Part shown: positions 62,254 to 64,000 of the stretch, in pieces
Layout: every line of letters begins with the position of its first letter
Numbering within the stretch: position 1 is the first letter of the stretch
Source of the DNA: Leptonemataceae bacterium
Lineage (GTDB): Bacteria > Spirochaetota > Leptospiria > Leptospirales > Leptonemataceae
Length of the DNA: 64,000 bases
Assembly: GCA_965227295.1 (NCBI GenBank)
Contig: OZ245742.1
Location: 5,280,001-5,344,000 of the forward strand
Direction of reading: 5' to 3'
Notes under the pieces: generated by a model
What the model was told of the DNA's origin: nothing
Database searches by the model: none
Seen by the model: the letters and a program-made list of their open reading frames with translations, nothing else
Translations under genes and position numbers: made by a program

Positions 62254-62820
62254 TTATTGGCCACCTATCGTAGAGGACACGACGGGCAGGTCCTTCACGT
62301 TGCTGTCCTTGAAACAATTACCGCCGGTCACGACCGATCGCAACTCTTCGTTGGTCAAAGACTGATCGATCTTTACCTCGAACAGGAACATACCGCTCTT
62401 GCTGACGCTTTTGTTTCGAAAGTGCGCCGTCCCCACGTTCATGAGTCGTCCGGGTTCCGCCGTAACGGTGATCTTCGACGGGAATTCGAATTTGCCGGCG
62501 TCGTTATTGTACTTAAACTTCTGGAGCTCCACCGGTCCCGCCGGAACGTTCAAAAAATAGACCCACGTAACGGGTTTATCTCCCGGTCGGCCGACACAAC
62601 GAAATGCCGGAGAGAACTCTCCGACGGACGTCTCGACAAAGAACCAGGGTTCCCGCAGAGAACGAGTGGAACCGTCGGAGTTCAGTACTTCGTGACGGAA
62701 GCCCAGTGCCAGGACGGACTCTTCCGCCGAAACCGAATCGTTCTGTCCCAGGCCGAGCGAAAAGCAACCGGAAAGCCCCAGGCAGAGAACAACTACTAAA
62801 AAAACATTACGAACAAACAT
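62254..62820 (-). CDS. Hypothetical lipoprotein
   Basis: LSGC lipobox. Confidence 0.7.
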   Translation of the reverse strand: MFVRNVFLVVVLCLGLSGCFSLGLGQNDSVSAEESVLALGFRHEVLNSDGSTRSLREPWFFVETSVGEFSPAFRCVGRPGDKPVTWVYFLNVPAGPVELQKFKYNNDAGKFEFPSKITVTAEPGRLMNVGTAHFRNKSVSKSGMFLFEVKIDQSLTNEELRSVVTGGNCFKDSNVKDLPVVSSTIGGQ

Positions 62821-62851
62821 CCCGAAATCCTGCCGGGGAAGCCCTGCCGTG

Positions 62852-64000
62852 TCAACCGCATATTTGCACGACGTCCCATAATGCCCCGAGCAAGGCGTCC
62901 GGCTTCGTTACGAAGAACGCGTCCGGCGTCGCTCCACGCACGCGCGCCCGCAACCCCTCATCTTCCGTAACAAACACTGCCGTAACGTTAGTGGATCCCG
63001 CGCGTTCCACCGCCGCCGCAACCAACGGCACATCCGAGCCGGTGTCGCCGCAGACCAGCACCCGCCCGCCGGCGTTCAACTTCACACGAAGCTCATCCAG
63101 CACAAAGCGCAGTCCGTCGCCCTTATCGAACTCGCGGGCGGGCGAGGCCTCGCCGCCCCCGGAAGCGTCACGCGGCAGCGTGAGATGCACTTCGATGTCC
63201 AGGCCCGTATCCTCGATGCGCAAGGTCCCCGGATCCACGGCGTCCACCAGTTCGCGGACCAGTTCCAGGAATGCCTCCGACTCGTCCGCGTCCACGTTGC
63301 GTGCACTGTCCTGGCGCGCCACCGTGAGCTGACCGACCTTTTCCTGAAAACCGGAACCGATCAGCGCAAACTTCCGGTAAGCTTCTGCTTGTAGGATGTT
63401 TGCAATACGCGCGGCCAGTTCGTCCAGGGACCGCTGTTGTTGCGGCGCCACGGGGGTGGAGCCGCGACCCGAGGGAGCGACGTATTCCCGGCCCTTCGAA
63501 CCGGCGAAGACGATGGCATGATCGTCCGGCAGCGTCGACAGATCCCTCAGCCCCGCCGACGCCCCGGTTCCACCCAGGGGCGCCGATGTGAGAATCAAGG
63601 CGAGGCCCGGCAGCGCACGCGCGAAACGATCCACGACGGCGGAGTTGTATGCGCTCTGGATCGACGACAGATACCGGCCGCAGTAATTGTTGATGGTACC
63701 GTCGCGATCCGTAATCCAGTGTGCGATCCTCCCGCCGCGCAAGCGTTCCGCGAGACGGCGTGTCCCGTCCCGGTCCTCCGCGCTCAGATCGAGGACATCC
63801 GGGAGCTCCACGCGGTCGAACCAGGCCAGGTCTTTGCTTAACTCCTGAATTTCGTAACTTACGTCAAAGAGATATTTGTGACCGTCCGGGGCCTCCAGCC
63901 GCGCCTGCCAGGGCGGGCCCTTACCGGCGGAGCCCCCGATAGCGGGCAGGAGTTTACGTAGTTCCGCGGCCGTGTCCGCGGCGCTCCGCCGCGCGTTCGC
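62852..64000 (-). CDS. HAD-family phosphatase resembling nematode-type trehalose-6-phosphate phosphatase (5' end outside the window)
   Basis: Frame stays open from 63811 to the window edge (…YEIQELSKDLAWF…); TDRDGTINNYCGRY, LTSAPL, GSKGRE, FDKGDG, CGDTGSD. Confidence 0.75.
   Translation of the reverse strand, partial: ANARRSAADTAAELRKLLPAIGGSAGKGPPWQARLEAPDGHKYLFDVSYEIQELSKDLAWFDRVELPDVLDLSAEDRDGTRRLAERLRGGRIAHWITDRDGTINNYCGRYLSSIQSAYNSAVVDRFARALPGLALILTSAPLGGTGASAGLRDLSTLPDDHAIVFAGSKGREYVAPSGRGSTPVAPQQQRSLDELAARIANILQAEAYRKFALIGSGFQEKVGQLTVARQDSARNVDADESEAFLELVRELVDAVDPGTLRIEDTGLDIEVHLTLPRDASGGGEASPAREFDKGDGLRFVLDELRVKLNAGGRVLVCGDTGSDVPLVAAAVERAGSTNVTAVFVTEDEGLRARVRGATPDAFFVTKPDALLGALWDVVQICG

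Overview
High-GC bacterial chromosomal window. The gene inventory (7TM-DISM/SpoIIE phosphatase, bactofilin plus LysM-M23, MBL-cNMP protein, many small lipoproteins, rho-rpmE neighbourhood) suggests a Leptospiraceae/Leptonema-like spirochaete; this is an inference. About 45 CDSs can be supported. No rRNA, tRNA, CRISPR array or transposase was recognised. The main observation is a ~14 kb, six-gene, largely translationally coupled + strand operon (9962-23896) lying between rho and rpmE, which are both on the - strand. It encodes two large proteins of unknown function, a small helical protein of the kind found beside tail fibres, a tail-fibre-like protein, a lower-GC ComEC-type metallo-beta-lactamase-fold hydrolase and a 1516-aa DUF6603-like protein. 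It has no sheath, tube or baseplate genes, so it is a candidate uncharacterised multi-protein targeting or delivery system. Other signals: (1) an ECF sigma-clpP pair in which both genes are preceded by the same GTACAC-N15-CGGGTC motif and the sigma ends in -AAA; (2) a dispersed family of hairpin-rich intergenic repeats; (3) an LpxR-like barrel with a helical repeat insertion; (4) a rimB-like/rimK pair next to a DUF1704 peptidase; (5) a degenerate 5'-nucleotidase-like protein; (6) a nematode-type trehalose-6-phosphate phosphatase homologue. All family assignments come from motif recognition by eye, not from database searches.
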